Notes: generated by a model from the sequence alone, not told the origin. DNA of 64,000 bases from Minisyncoccota bacterium (GCA_041651055.1 JBAZJW010000001.1:472506-536505); one strand, 5' to 3'. Shown: positions 9,172 through 19,020, counted from the first letter of the stretch. Translations and numbers: made by a program.

Positions 9172-10029
9172 TTATTTAATAATCCTTGCAAATAAACTCT
9201 CAGTAATGTCACCTGACCCAGCACCTTCTTTTGTTGTTATGTAACCAGTTTCACCTCTTTCGTATGCAAAGAGAGCTGCAGCAGACAAAAGCTTATCTTT
9301 CTCATCCTTGAGATCAATTGAATTATATACAGCGTGAAGTGACTGAAGTACGTCACTGCGATGACGGTAAGTTTCTTCTAGGTGTTTTTCAGCATTATAG
9401 TTTTTTCTAAAAAATTGAACAATCTGAAAAAAGAAGAAGGCCAGCACTGCTTTTAAGATAAACACAACCAAAGAAAGATTGTACATAACATCTTCTGCTA
9501 GATGTGATTTTATAAATTTATAGTCGGAAATATTTACAAAAAATAATAACCCTATAACAAATAGCAGCATTGTTATTGCTATAAAATACCAGTTACGCAT
9601 ATTGTTTGCCAAAACCTCATGACGACCGGCTGTTGTTGAAAAAGTTTTTGAATATGCTGCAAGGGCAGTTGCCCCACTGGCTAGTTTTGCTACACGATTA
9701 AGATCTTCTAAATCAGAACTACTTTCTTGAACTTTATTTGCAAGAACATCAACGTTTTTCCCTAATTTTTTTAGATCAGTATCTTTGTAGATTTTCCAAG
9801 CAATATATTTGATAATAATATCTGCAAAATAATCACGATAACCATTAATTACGTTCGGGTTATCTTTTAGTTGTTGTACTAACCCTTTGTGTTGTTGATT
9901 TAGCAGGTTTTGAAAACCGCTATCAAGAACCACTTCTGTAAGAAGAGCCCAATCTTCACCGCCTGCCGAAATTGCTGAACTTTTTATTGCTTCTGGTGTT
10001 GCCATTTTATTTTTTATTACCGTAAACAA
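9172..10029 (-). CDS. Hypothetical protein with two central TM helices
   Basis: 285-aa ORF in a ~30% GC block. Soluble N-domain (~145 aa), 2 TM, soluble C-tail. Confidence 0.5.
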   Translation of the reverse strand: MFTVIKNKMATPEAIKSSAISAGGEDWALLTEVVLDSGFQNLLNQQHKGLVQQLKDNPNVINGYRDYFADIIIKYIAWKIYKDTDLKKLGKNVDVLANKVQESSSDLEDLNRVAKLASGATALAAYSKTFSTTAGRHEVLANNMRNWYFIAITMLLFVIGLLFFVNISDYKFIKSHLAEDVMYNLSLVVFILKAVLAFFFFQIVQFFRKNYNAEKHLEETYRHRSDVLQSLHAVYNSIDLKDEKDKLLSAAALFAYERGETGYITTKEGAGSGDITESLFARIIK

Positions 10030-10708
10030 TGTACAAAATTAAGCGATAATAAATCAATACATAGAAAAGGAAAGAAATAAAAGCAAGTATTGGTACAATT
10101 ATTGTGGCTTCTACGTAGAAGATAATACTAGGTTTAAAATTTATAATAGCAGATGATAAGTTTGTTACATCTTTTAAGTTTTGGTCATAGAAACTGATGC
10201 CGTGAAAATAACATTTTCTACTTTTATCTTCGTTAAATTGTTTTTTGATAACATCAGAAAATATGTCTAATGAAGTTGCTTGTGCTTTTTCGTAGCTTAA
10301 AGTTTTTAGATATGATGAGTATAATACTTTTGATATACCTTCTAAATATTTTTCTGGATTTTTAACACAAAAAGTTCCTTCTTCTATTTTACCTAAAGAA
10401 TATTCAGAAATATAATCTATACTACCGTCTACTAAAAGACCAAACTCTCCTTCTTGTTTAAAGAAAGTTGGAATAGTATTATTACTATCTTCTCCGTTGT
10501 AATTTTCTGTAAACTGGTAAAGTGTATTTTTGATAACGATATTATGTTTACTGAAAAAAGCTCTATCTGGGTAAAAGATAATACTTATATAGGAAGCAAT
10601 GGCTATAATTGAAAAAAGTGATATAAAAATTACTTTTATTAATCTATGCCACCAGTGTTTATTTAATTCTAAACTTTCACGAAATAACCAAGATTTTATT
10701 TTTTCCAT
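10007..10708 (-). CDS. Hypothetical membrane protein with N- and C-terminal TM helices
   Basis: 233-aa ORF overlapping the downstream gene by 23 nt. AT-rich. Confidence 0.5.
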   Translation of the reverse strand: MEKIKSWLFRESLELNKHWWHRLIKVIFISLFSIIAIASYISIIFYPDRAFFSKHNIVIKNTLYQFTENYNGEDSNNTIPTFFKQEGEFGLLVDGSIDYISEYSLGKIEEGTFCVKNPEKYLEGISKVLYSSYLKTLSYEKAQATSLDIFSDVIKKQFNEDKSRKCYFHGISFYDQNLKDVTNLSSAIINFKPSIIFYVEATIIVPILAFISFLFYVLIYYRLILYIVYGNKK

Positions 10709-10752
10709 AATTAAAGTTTACTCCTATTCATAAATAAAACTAGTCGATTAAA

Positions 10753-10930
10753 ACCCTTCGAGTACGGTGCGTCTCGTGGTGATTTTTAGGCGATAAGCCA
10801 AACCAACACATCCCTCGACCACTATGTGTCTCGGGATGATTTTCCGGCCAATGGTTCACACCGAAACAATTTACCCTTCGACCGCGATGCGTCTCAGGGT
10901 GATTTTCCGATAAGGGGCTCAAATCGGAAA
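10753..10930. repeat. Three degenerate tandem ~60-bp repeats
   Basis: Units share tcgaNNNNNNNGTGNGTCTCNGGGTGATTTTYMGG. The nested 60-aa ORF shows a periodic ENHPETH(R/S)GR peptide. Confidence 0.6.
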
Positions 10931-10931
10931 A

Positions 10932-12635
10932 TCACATCCTCTCTGGGGCGACAATGCCGAGAGTATATAATCCATGCGCCAAAATATTCTTCACCGCTTG
11001 TGAAAGCATTACGTAGTACGCACTCTTTTCTTTATCTTCTCCGACTATTTGCACGCGACTATACATGTTGTTGAATGCACGTGTGAGCAAAAGCAAATGC
11101 TGAACAATATGATGAGGCCCTAGTTCTTTATATGCTTTATCGAGCACTTGTGTGTACCCGATAATAACTTGCTCAAGCTCTCTTTCTGGTTTTTCTATGC
11201 TATAACTTTCTATTTCAATATCCGCTTCGATTGCTTTATCCAAAAGCGCACAGAGTCGAGCGTGAGTGTACTGAAGGTATGGACCAGAATCCCCTTCGAA
11301 TGAAATTGACTTTTCAAAATCAAAAACCATATCTTTCCCTGGCGCACCTTTCAAAATAGAAAACTTCACCGCACCGACAGCGATATCATTTATGAGCTGT
11401 GCTTTATCTTTTTCATCCACACGTAACTCTTCAATACGAGAAGCAATTTTCTCGGCCACTGCATCGAGCAAATCTTCTCCACCAATAACATTCCCTGTTC
11501 GAGACGACATCTTACCTGACTCGAGACGCATCATGCCGTGCGTGATGTGGACGAGCTTACCTGCAAGTTCTGGGTGCATCTTTTCTTCGACTTTGTTCAC
11601 TACCTTAAAATATTCTTTTTGCTCAACGGCAGTTACCGTCACATACTGATACGCGTCCGGAAGCAATGAAATTTTCTTTTCGTAATTTCCTATGTCTTTA
11701 GTTTCGTATGTCGGAAGGCCGACACTATTAATAAACACACGCGTATGAAGGCCGTCTTGTTCACCCTTGTATACAACAGCACCGTCTGACTCTTCAAAAA
11801 GACCCTTCTTCAAATATTCTTGTACAATAGCAAGCCCCGGTTCTGCAACTTCTGACTCAAAAACGAAAGCGTCGAATGTCGTACCAAGCTTAGCGTAAAG
11901 CTGATCAAAATATTCAAGCGACAACGCACGACCTTCTGCGTACACCTCCATAACTTTCGCATCGCTACCAGCATAAATCGCTTTGTTCACTTCTATGATT
12001 TCTGCTTTCGATGTTTCGTTTGTTTCAAATTCTCCATTTGCAAAAGCGTAACACATGCCAAGAAATGAAACCTTGTCTTTAAGTGATGCGTCACTCTTTG
12101 GCTTTTCACTTTCTTTTTTCATAACACCCCACACACCCATGGCGACATTCCGGCCGATGTCTGACGGATAACACACACGAGTCACCTCGTACCCACTTGC
12201 TTCATAAAGTCGCGCTGTCGCTTCACCAATGGTGTTGGCCATCAAGTGTCCAATATGAAAGACCTTGAAACAATTCGGATCAGTGTACTCTACGAGAACT
12301 TTTCCCTTACCTCTTACGTTTGTAATATCGCTAAGGGCAATGCTTTCTGCTTCATCGGTACGCACATCATCGTACAAGAAAAAGTTAATGAACCCCGGAC
12401 CTGCAACTTCTATTTTTTCCACCACCTCCGTAAGTGCTTCAGTTAATTCTGACACCAACCCATCTGCCACTTCCTTTGGTGATGCTCCGAGAGACTTCGA
12501 AAGAGCAAAGGCGATGTTCGTCGCATAGTCACCATGAAGGACATCTTCGGGTTGATCAAGAGAAAAACGAGAAGTAACCCCCTTCTCTTCCAAAAGCTGC
12601 ATGAGCACGTTATTGATAGTCTCGTAGGAATTCAT
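10932..12635 (-). CDS. argS: Arginyl-tRNA synthetase
   Basis: Class I HIGH-like motif (FHIGHLMAN) and GKMSSRTG (KMSKS variant). Length and domain order typical of ArgRS. Confidence 0.85.
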   Translation of the reverse strand: MNSYETINNVLMQLLEEKGVTSRFSLDQPEDVLHGDYATNIAFALSKSLGASPKEVADGLVSELTEALTEVVEKIEVAGPGFINFFLYDDVRTDEAESIALSDITNVRGKGKVLVEYTDPNCFKVFHIGHLMANTIGEATARLYEASGYEVTRVCYPSDIGRNVAMGVWGVMKKESEKPKSDASLKDKVSFLGMCYAFANGEFETNETSKAEIIEVNKAIYAGSDAKVMEVYAEGRALSLEYFDQLYAKLGTTFDAFVFESEVAEPGLAIVQEYLKKGLFEESDGAVVYKGEQDGLHTRVFINSVGLPTYETKDIGNYEKKISLLPDAYQYVTVTAVEQKEYFKVVNKVEEKMHPELAGKLVHITHGMMRLESGKMSSRTGNVIGGEDLLDAVAEKIASRIEELRVDEKDKAQLINDIAVGAVKFSILKGAPGKDMVFDFEKSISFEGDSGPYLQYTHARLCALLDKAIEADIEIESYSIEKPERELEQVIIGYTQVLDKAYKELGPHHIVQHLLLLTRAFNNMYSRVQIVGEDKEKSAYYVMLSQAVKNILAHGLYTLGIVAPERM

Positions 12636-12695
12636 ATCTTTTCTCTTATACTAACGTGTTATCGACAAATAAAGAAATACGTAAAGCAGGCAACT

Positions 12696-13877
12696 TTATT
12701 TCACTGCACTTCGTAAAACCTCGTCGATTCTTTTTGCGATGACTTTCATATCTTTTTCTTTCTTTCCACGAGTGGTTTCTGCAGCAGTGCCCAATCTGAT
12801 ACCGGACGGATCCATCACACCACGTGGATCTTGAGGGATAGTATTCATGTTCACGATGATGCCGGCAGCCTCAAGAGCATCTGATGCCACTTTTCCTGAT
12901 ACACCCTTACCTTGTGCCCACGTGTCCACCAAGAGTAGGTGTGAGTCTGTTCCACCTGTGATAACTTTCCATCCACGAACTTCCAATTCTTTGGCGAGCG
13001 CTTGTGCATTCTTAACAACATTCTTTGCATACGTTTTGAATGCTGGAGCAGCAGCCTCACGAAGCGCTACCGCAACCGCAGCGATCTGATTATTGTGAGG
13101 CCCACCTTGAAGACCAGGAATAATTGTCTTGTCTATTTTCTTATCCATTTCTCGTTTATCCTTCTTTACAAAAATCATTGCCGAGCGTGGACCACGAAGT
13201 GTCTTGTGTACCGTAGTAGTCACAACATCAGCATACGGGAACGGTGACGGATACGCTTCTCCTGCGACGAGACCTGCGAAGTGTGACATATCCACCATGA
13301 GCAGTGAGCCAGATTTCTTAGCAATCGCTGCGAACTTCTTGAAATCAACAATACGTGGATACGCTGTGAAGCCGCACACAATAATGTCTGGTTTTTCTGT
13401 CACCGCGATTTTTTCTAACTCTTTGTAATTAAGCGTTTCGGTTGTTGCATCTACTTCATACGGAACTTGCTTCCAGATTTTTCCCGTCATTGATACTGAT
13501 TGTCCATGTGTAAGATGTCCTCCACTTGAAAGTTTGAGACCCATGATCTTACCGCCGAGAGGAACAAGTGCAGAATACACGGCGAGATTTGCTGGTGACC
13601 CCGAGAGAGGTTGTACGTTCACGTGCCACTTCTTTTGATCAAGTTTAAACAATGAAAGTGCACGCTCTTGGGCGAGTGATTCTACTTCATCAATAATTTC
13701 ATTTCCTCCGTAATAGCGCTTACCTGGATACCCTTCTGAATATTTATTCGTAAGCGATGAGCCGAGCGCAGTGAGAACATCATCAGAAACGTAGTTTTCT
13801 GAGGCGATTAAATTGATGACACTGTGCTGGCGCTTGTCTTCTGCTTTTAATAACTTTTCAATGGCTTTGTCTTTCAT
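12696..13877 (-). CDS. glyA: Serine hydroxymethyltransferase
   Basis: Conserved SHMT blocks GYPGKRYYGG, SGSPANLAVY and TTTVHKTLRGPR. Confidence 0.9.
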   Translation of the reverse strand: MKDKAIEKLLKAEDKRQHSVINLIASENYVSDDVLTALGSSLTNKYSEGYPGKRYYGGNEIIDEVESLAQERALSLFKLDQKKWHVNVQPLSGSPANLAVYSALVPLGGKIMGLKLSSGGHLTHGQSVSMTGKIWKQVPYEVDATTETLNYKELEKIAVTEKPDIIVCGFTAYPRIVDFKKFAAIAKKSGSLLMVDMSHFAGLVAGEAYPSPFPYADVVTTTVHKTLRGPRSAMIFVKKDKREMDKKIDKTIIPGLQGGPHNNQIAAVAVALREAAAPAFKTYAKNVVKNAQALAKELEVRGWKVITGGTDSHLLLVDTWAQGKGVSGKVASDALEAAGIIVNMNTIPQDPRGVMDPSGIRLGTAAETTRGKKEKDMKVIAKRIDEVLRSAVK

Positions 13878-13941
13878 GATTGTGGTTTTTGGAAATTACT
13901 ACGCGAATATATCCTAAGAATACCATAAACGGAAATACTTA

Positions 13942-14514
13942 TCAGGGCACCAAAAACTCGTTTGCTTTCCTGATTTCCATGCACTCTTTTGCCCAGTTTT
14001 TGACTTCTTGCACATCTTCAAACTTTTTATACGTATCTGGCAAAAAAACTTTTCTAATTCCTGCCTTATTCATTTTCCCCCAACAACTGCCACAACACCA
14101 GTAATGCCCATACATGTACATATCAGCACCTCGCAAATCTACACCCAAATCAACAGCCTTTCTAATTAAATTAGATTCAGCATGAAAATCAGTATGACAC
14201 CCGATACATAAATCAAATTCTTCCCCCGGTTTAATTTTTTCACCACCGTTTTTTACCCTCTCTTGACTCACAAACCTTCTACGACAACCCTCGATGTGAC
14301 CCTCTGCGTGAATATTAGATTCATGATAACCATTACCATTACCTGATGCACATAGAATGTCTTTACCCTTAACTGCCAATATTCCGATTGGGTAAAGGGG
14401 TGTTAAAGAATACTTGGTAGCTGCTTCTTTTGCGGCCTGCATCAGGAAATCAGTCTCTGGAACAAAAGAGTATAAATTTATATCTTTGAATTTATTGTTT
14501 AGACTATTTTTCAT
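13942..14514 (-). CDS. Cytidine/deoxycytidylate deaminase family protein (dCMP deaminase-like)
   Basis: HAE zinc-ligand motif (NIHAEGH) and a CCGSC zinc motif. Confidence 0.55.
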   Translation of the reverse strand: MKNSLNNKFKDINLYSFVPETDFLMQAAKEAATKYSLTPLYPIGILAVKGKDILCASGNGNGYHESNIHAEGHIEGCRRRFVSQERVKNGGEKIKPGEEFDLCIGCHTDFHAESNLIRKAVDLGVDLRGADMYMYGHYWCCGSCWGKMNKAGIRKVFLPDTYKKFEDVQEVKNWAKECMEIRKANEFLVP

Positions 14515-14602
14515 TGGTTTTTAGAGGCTTCAATCCCTTTCATATTACGATCATTGTCAGAAATAACCTAAACTGTATACTGCAGTATACTAGATAAATA
14601 AA

Positions 14603-15145
14603 ATGAAAAATATATCATTCCCAATCACTCAAGTAATAAAAGCTGTCAATACTGCTAAAAATGAAGGAAGAAAAGTCGTTCTTACTTTAGGCTCTTGGGA
14701 TATGCTTCATGTTGGACACATGAGATATATAGAAGAAGCAAAGAAATTGGGCGACTTATTGGTTGTCGGAGTAGACTCTGACGCAAAAATAAAGGAGAGA
14801 AAAGGAAAAGATAGACCAATAGTAAAGCAGAAAGAGAGGGTCGAAATGCTTTCTCATTTACAACATATAGATTTGCTATTCATTTTGAGTGGTGAGGATA
14901 CCTCTATTTCTGTTACAGAGAAAATTAAGCCCAGCATACTGGTTCTTTCTAAGACATCTCAGAACAAAGATAATGAACTAAGGCTAAAAAAGAGCTGCGG
15001 CTCAATCGTTGTCTTGCCAGCGCAAGCAGAAACAAGCACAACAGCAAAAATAAGAAAACTTCACATAGATGGAATGAAGCGACTCTATAGCTCTATCAGT
15101 ATAGAGATAAATAATATTATTAAGAAAGAGGTAGAGAAAATGTAA
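14603..15145 (+). CDS. Cytidylyltransferase-like nucleotidyltransferase (HldE/RfaE domain II-like)
   Basis: TLGSWDMLHVGHMRYI matches the (T/H)xGH nucleotidyltransferase motif. VGVDSD and KERKG blocks resemble heptose-1-P adenylyltransferase. Confidence 0.55.
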   Translation: MKNISFPITQVIKAVNTAKNEGRKVVLTLGSWDMLHVGHMRYIEEAKKLGDLLVVGVDSDAKIKERKGKDRPIVKQKERVEMLSHLQHIDLLFILSGEDTSISVTEKIKPSILVLSKTSQNKDNELRLKKSCGSIVVLPAQAETSTTAKIRKLHIDGMKRLYSSISIEINNIIKKEVEKM

Positions 15146-15658
15146 CTACTTTTTCTTCCAACCCAACGGAACGGAGAGAACTTCCCTGTTTTCTTTTTGT
15201 TCTTCTTGACTACTGTTGCCAACGATAATCTGGAAATGCAAATGACTCAAGGAACTACAAGTAAATCTAGAGTCTCCAAATCTTAAGAAAAGAGAAGCCC
15301 CTGGAATTTTTCTCTCCTCTACCACCCAGTCAATCATTTCCTTCAAATCAACCCAGCTGTCAATATCTATTTCTTCTACATTTGAAATATGTTTTTTGGG
15401 TATTATGAGAACATGGTGATTTGTTCCCGAGTACGGAAATGCGTTATCAGTCACCAGGAAGGTTTTATTTTGATGTAAAATGGGCAGCTTATGGATCTCC
15501 TTCAATCCTTTTTCGCAAAAAATACAAACTTTGTTTTCCTGTGACATTTGCATTCGAAGCCTTTGATTCTCTTCTCTGGCATTATTCATATTTATTAATT
15601 TTTCTTCCATATTAAAAGCTGCTAGACAGCTGACGGGATTATCATTTTTGGATGACAA
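15146..15658 (-). CDS. HIT (histidine triad) family hydrolase
   Basis: CIFC zinc motif and histidine-triad-like SHLHFQII near the C-terminus. Confidence 0.55.
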   Translation of the reverse strand: MSSKNDNPVSCLAAFNMEEKLINMNNAREENQRLRMQMSQENKVCIFCEKGLKEIHKLPILHQNKTFLVTDNAFPYSGTNHHVLIIPKKHISNVEEIDIDSWVDLKEMIDWVVEERKIPGASLFLRFGDSRFTCSSLSHLHFQIIVGNSSQEEQKENREVLSVPLGWKKK

Positions 15659-16491
15659 ATATAGTCCACTAATTCAAAATCATCAAACCTATACTCTTTG
15701 ATATCTTTTTTTGTATTTTTTATTACTAATTCGGGAAAAACCCTAGAATCTCTCGCAAGTATTTCTTTTGCTTCTTCTAATTGATTTTCGTAAATATGCG
15801 CATCTCTCAAATAAAATATTAGACGCCTAGCCTTAAGACCAGTCACAGATTCTACCATTTTTAAAAGTGCGCAATACGATATCATGTCATTTGGGAAACC
15901 TAGCAGAACGTCCGCTGATCTGTGGTCAGAGATGAGATCCAAGTTTCCATTTATGACCCTAAAATGTAGGTTCCCATGGCACGGAGTAATAACTGACTTC
16001 TGTCTACCGCCGTAACCATTCATAAATGGTATCCAAGAAGTCACATAAATAGTCCTCCTGTTTCTTAATTTTTCATCTGATAACATTTCTATTGCATTTT
16101 TAATTTGGTCAAACCCTCCCTCACCATCAGGAAAAGCTGCAAAGGCTGGGCCATAAGACCCGCCCCCTAAGCACCCCCTCTTAGCTCCAGCCTTTTCACA
16201 CTTTTCATCAGAAATCCATGGATCCCAGAAAGGACCAGGGACGGAATACTTTTCTTTCATAATAGAAAAATCTTGTTCCCCATTTATGAAAGCGCACATT
16301 TCCCCAATCGCCCCTTTAATACCTAACTGCCTCTCGGTTATTATCGGTGTACCGTTTGATAAATCATATACAAGGGGGGCTGTCGTACCGAAGCAGGTTA
16401 AAGCGTCAATTTTTTGTGGAGTTGTTACTTTTTCACCGTTAGATAAAATAAACCTAATCAAATTTTTGTATTGTTCGTCGGGATGTTTCAT
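15622..16491 (-). CDS. thyA: Thymidylate synthase (ThyA, divergent)
   Basis: TPCHGNLHF (catalytic Cys-His) and DAHIYENQ blocks. Sits in a folate/dTMP gene cluster. Confidence 0.75.
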   Translation of the reverse strand: MKHPDEQYKNLIRFILSNGEKVTTPQKIDALTCFGTTAPLVYDLSNGTPIITERQLGIKGAIGEMCAFINGEQDFSIMKEKYSVPGPFWDPWISDEKCEKAGAKRGCLGGGSYGPAFAAFPDGEGGFDQIKNAIEMLSDEKLRNRRTIYVTSWIPFMNGYGGRQKSVITPCHGNLHFRVINGNLDLISDHRSADVLLGFPNDMISYCALLKMVESVTGLKARRLIFYLRDAHIYENQLEEAKEILARDSRVFPELVIKNTKKDIKEYRFDDFELVDYICHPKMIIPSAV

Positions 16492-16533
16492 GTAAAAAAG
16501 TTTAGCTCACAAAATCAGCTAAGTACATATATT

Positions 16534-17208
16534 TTATTCTACAGTAAAGGTGTTATCCGTTCCGTAATATTCTGGCCAATGAGTGTTGTAATGCGCAAAC
16601 ATTCTTTCGAGACGACCTTGGGGCAGTTCTTCTGTTCCCATACGCTCCATAAAAGAAAGAAGACTCTCTTTTGTTTCTTGTACGAGAGCTTGATCATCGA
16701 CAACTTTCTCAAACTCAGCAAGGTATCCATACCCAGCATTTTTATCAAGACATACAGTAATGCCTTCTCCTTCATACTCTTCTCTTTGACGAGACCACTT
16801 GGCCTGATATTGTAACCCTGAGTCTAAAAGTATTTGATCTAGTTCGACAAGTGTCATTGGCATTTCTATTTCGAATTCCATTCGAGCAACACCATTTGAA
16901 CTGGAATCATCCCCCAAAGAAGCTTTTACAACGAGAAGCACTTTGTCGTTGGACTGACGTGTACGAATAGAAAAATTACTACCTTCTTTGATTGTTTTGA
17001 CAAAGAGATCTTTCTTTTCTTCTGGAACATACGGAAGAGTTGTCTCAAGAAACATTTCTAAATCGGAATACGTAAAGTAATGATTAAGTTGAGTGCTCCT
17101 TTTTGGAGAATCGATAACAAAACCGGCCCGTGCAAGATTTTGTATCAATGTATCTGCTTTATCTCTCGTTCCCAGAAGGCTCTTTATTTCAACTTCGTAC
17201 TGTGACAT
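16534..17208 (-). CDS. CYTH-domain protein (CyaB/thiamine-triphosphatase-like)
   Basis: N-terminal YEVEIK (ExExK) motif. Start taken at the internal Met of the longer 17337 ORF. Confidence 0.5.
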   Translation of the reverse strand: MSQYEVEIKSLLGTRDKADTLIQNLARAGFVIDSPKRSTQLNHYFTYSDLEMFLETTLPYVPEEKKDLFVKTIKEGSNFSIRTRQSNDKVLLVVKASLGDDSSSNGVARMEFEIEMPMTLVELDQILLDSGLQYQAKWSRQREEYEGEGITVCLDKNAGYGYLAEFEKVVDDQALVQETKESLLSFMERMGTEELPQGRLERMFAHYNTHWPEYYGTDNTFTVE

Positions 17209-17267
17209 GGCTGTAAAATAGTATCTATACTTTAATAATATTGTTAGTATACTAAATAACAACATCC

Positions 17268-17759
17268 ATGTCTTCTTCAAGAATAAGCATAATTGCAGCA
17301 ATAGGAAAGAATCGAGAATTAGGTAAAAACAATACACTTTTGTGGAAAATACCTGATGATTTGAAGCGTTTCAAGGTTTTGACTTCTGGTCACCCTGTCG
17401 TTATGGGAAGAAAAACTTTTGAATCACTTGGCAGACCCCTCCCTAACAGGGTAAACATTGTTGTAACACGCAATGAAACCTGGAAACCAGAAGGTGTGAC
17501 TATTGTACATTCTCTTTCAGATGGGATTTCTTTGGCTCAACAGTTAGACAGTGTAGAGATTTTTATTCTTGGAGGAGGAGAGATCTACAGCGAAGCTCTT
17601 CCGCTCTCAAACAGACTATATCTCACTGTGATTAATGATGAAAAAGAAGCTGATACTTTTTTTCCTGAGTACAAGAATCTCTTCAATCTTACATCCGAAG
17701 AAAAGCATCATGACGCGCAACTTGGAATAGATTACTCATTTCAGATATTAGAAAAATAA
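17268..17759 (+). CDS. folA: Dihydrofolate reductase
   Basis: IIAAIGKNRELGKNN...LLW and VVMGRKTFESLG motifs. Confidence 0.85.
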   Translation: MSSSRISIIAAIGKNRELGKNNTLLWKIPDDLKRFKVLTSGHPVVMGRKTFESLGRPLPNRVNIVVTRNETWKPEGVTIVHSLSDGISLAQQLDSVEIFILGGGEIYSEALPLSNRLYLTVINDEKEADTFFPEYKNLFNLTSEEKHHDAQLGIDYSFQILEK

Positions 17760-17763
17760 AAAG

Positions 17764-17807
17764 CCCGTTCGAGAAATCGGTGCGAAGCGCACACGTTCTG
17801 CGAACGG
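17764..17807. terminator. Bidirectional terminator between folA and rplK
   Basis: cccgttcg...cgaacgg inverted repeat followed by ttctttaaaaa. Confidence 0.55.
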
Positions 17808-17876
17808 TTCTTTAAAAACAAACCATCCGCCAGAAGCGGATAGTTTGTAAGAATTCTTTAAATTTTTCTTCGTGTG

Positions 17877-18287
17877 TTAGATAACTTTGATACCAGCAGA
17901 ACGCGCAGTACCTTCGATAATCTTCATCCCCTGTTCAATCGTATGAGCAGTAAGGTCCTTTAGCTTGAGCTCTGCAATTTCGCGGATTTTATCTTTTGAA
18001 ATTGTTCCTGCTCCCCCTTTACTGTTTCCTTTTGCAACGTTCGCTGACTTCATCACGAGTGATGTTGCTGTCGGAGTCTTGATAACGAAATCATAGGTAC
18101 GATCTTCGTACACATAGATTTTTACTGACATTCTTCCTTGCTGTCCTTGGGTTGCTGCGTTAAATTTATTAACGAAATCTCCAATCTGAACACCGGCCTG
18201 TCCGAGGGCAGGACCAAGTGGTGGAGCAGGAGTAGCTTTACCCGCTTCAATCTGAACCTTTACGTATTTTGTAATTTTCTTAGCCAT
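17877..18287 (-). CDS. rplK: Ribosomal protein L11
   Basis: [30 protein letters not shown]-terminus. Start taken at the internal Met of the longer ORF. Confidence 0.9.
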   Translation of the reverse strand: MAKKITKYVKVQIEAGKATPAPPLGPALGQAGVQIGDFVNKFNAATQGQQGRMSVKIYVYEDRTYDFVIKTPTATSLVMKSANVAKGNSKGGAGTISKDKIREIAELKLKDLTAHTIEQGMKIIEGTARSAGIKVI

Positions 18288-18360
18288 ATATATAAGTTGT
18301 GGTATTTTAGCACGTTTTTGTATTTTCTTCAACAGCACCCTCGCCTTCCCCTAAAAAGGT

Positions 18361-18460
18361 TTAGATTGTGCCAGGTTCTAGGCGTAAGCAAATTTTGTGA
18401 CCAAAATGTACGAATAGTACATTGCGGGAACAAAATTTGCTTACAACGACGAAGATGGCA
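18361..18460 (-). promoter_or_regulatory. Structured leader element upstream of rplK: ATGTAC-N5-GTACAT palindrome inside a 12-bp enclosing stem
   Basis: aatgtacgaatagtacatt (18395-18413) flanked by gtaagcaaatttt / aaaatttgcttac. Homologous copy at 20372-20430 with a compensating stem. Confidence 0.5.
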
Positions 18461-18474
18461 TGATATAAACCTTT

Positions 18475-19020
18475 TTAGACTTTTTTGATTTGGAGGAAGT
18501 CTAGCTCAACCGGAGTCTCTCTTCCAAACATATTCACCAAGACCTTAAGCTTTCCTCGTGCCTTGTCAACTTCACTGACCTTTCCTTCAAAATCCTTAAA
18601 TGGACCTTCTATGATCGAAACAAGTTCTCCGACTGCGACAGTGATTTCATGTTCAACTTCTCCGTTATTCATACGACCAAAGAGGAAGTCAATCTCTTCT
18701 TGCTTTAGAGGTACGGGGGTTGTCCCTGCTCCTACGAATCCAGTTACACGGGGAGTATTACGAACAACGTACCAACTATTATCATCCACGATCATATCCA
18801 CAAGAATGTATCCTGGGTAAATCTTTTCCTCAACCTCGACACGCTTTGTTCCTTTTACTTTAATTTTCTTTTCAACGGGAACAACCACGGCAAAGATTTT
18901 GTTCTCCATACCGAGAGATTCGATACGTTGTTTCAAATTACGCTGTACAGCGTTCTCATATCCACTGTAGGTGTGAATGGCGTACCAATGACGCTCTCCT
19001 GTAAATTCTTGTTTGGCCAT
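18475..19020 (-). CDS. nusG: Transcription antitermination factor NusG
   Basis: NGN and KOW regions. Sits in the secE-nusG-rplK block. Confidence 0.9.
   Translation of the reverse strand: MAKQEFTGERHWYAIHTYSGYENAVQRNLKQRIESLGMENKIFAVVVPVEKKIKVKGTKRVEVEEKIYPGYILVDMIVDDNSWYVVRNTPRVTGFVGAGTTPVPLKQEEIDFLFGRMNNGEVEHEITVAVGELVSIIEGPFKDFEGKVSEVDKARGKLKVLVNMFGRETPVELDFLQIKKV

Noticed and set aside
10753-10930. CRISPR array
   Set aside because: Only three contiguous, degenerate ~60-bp units without unique spacers. No cas genes nearby.
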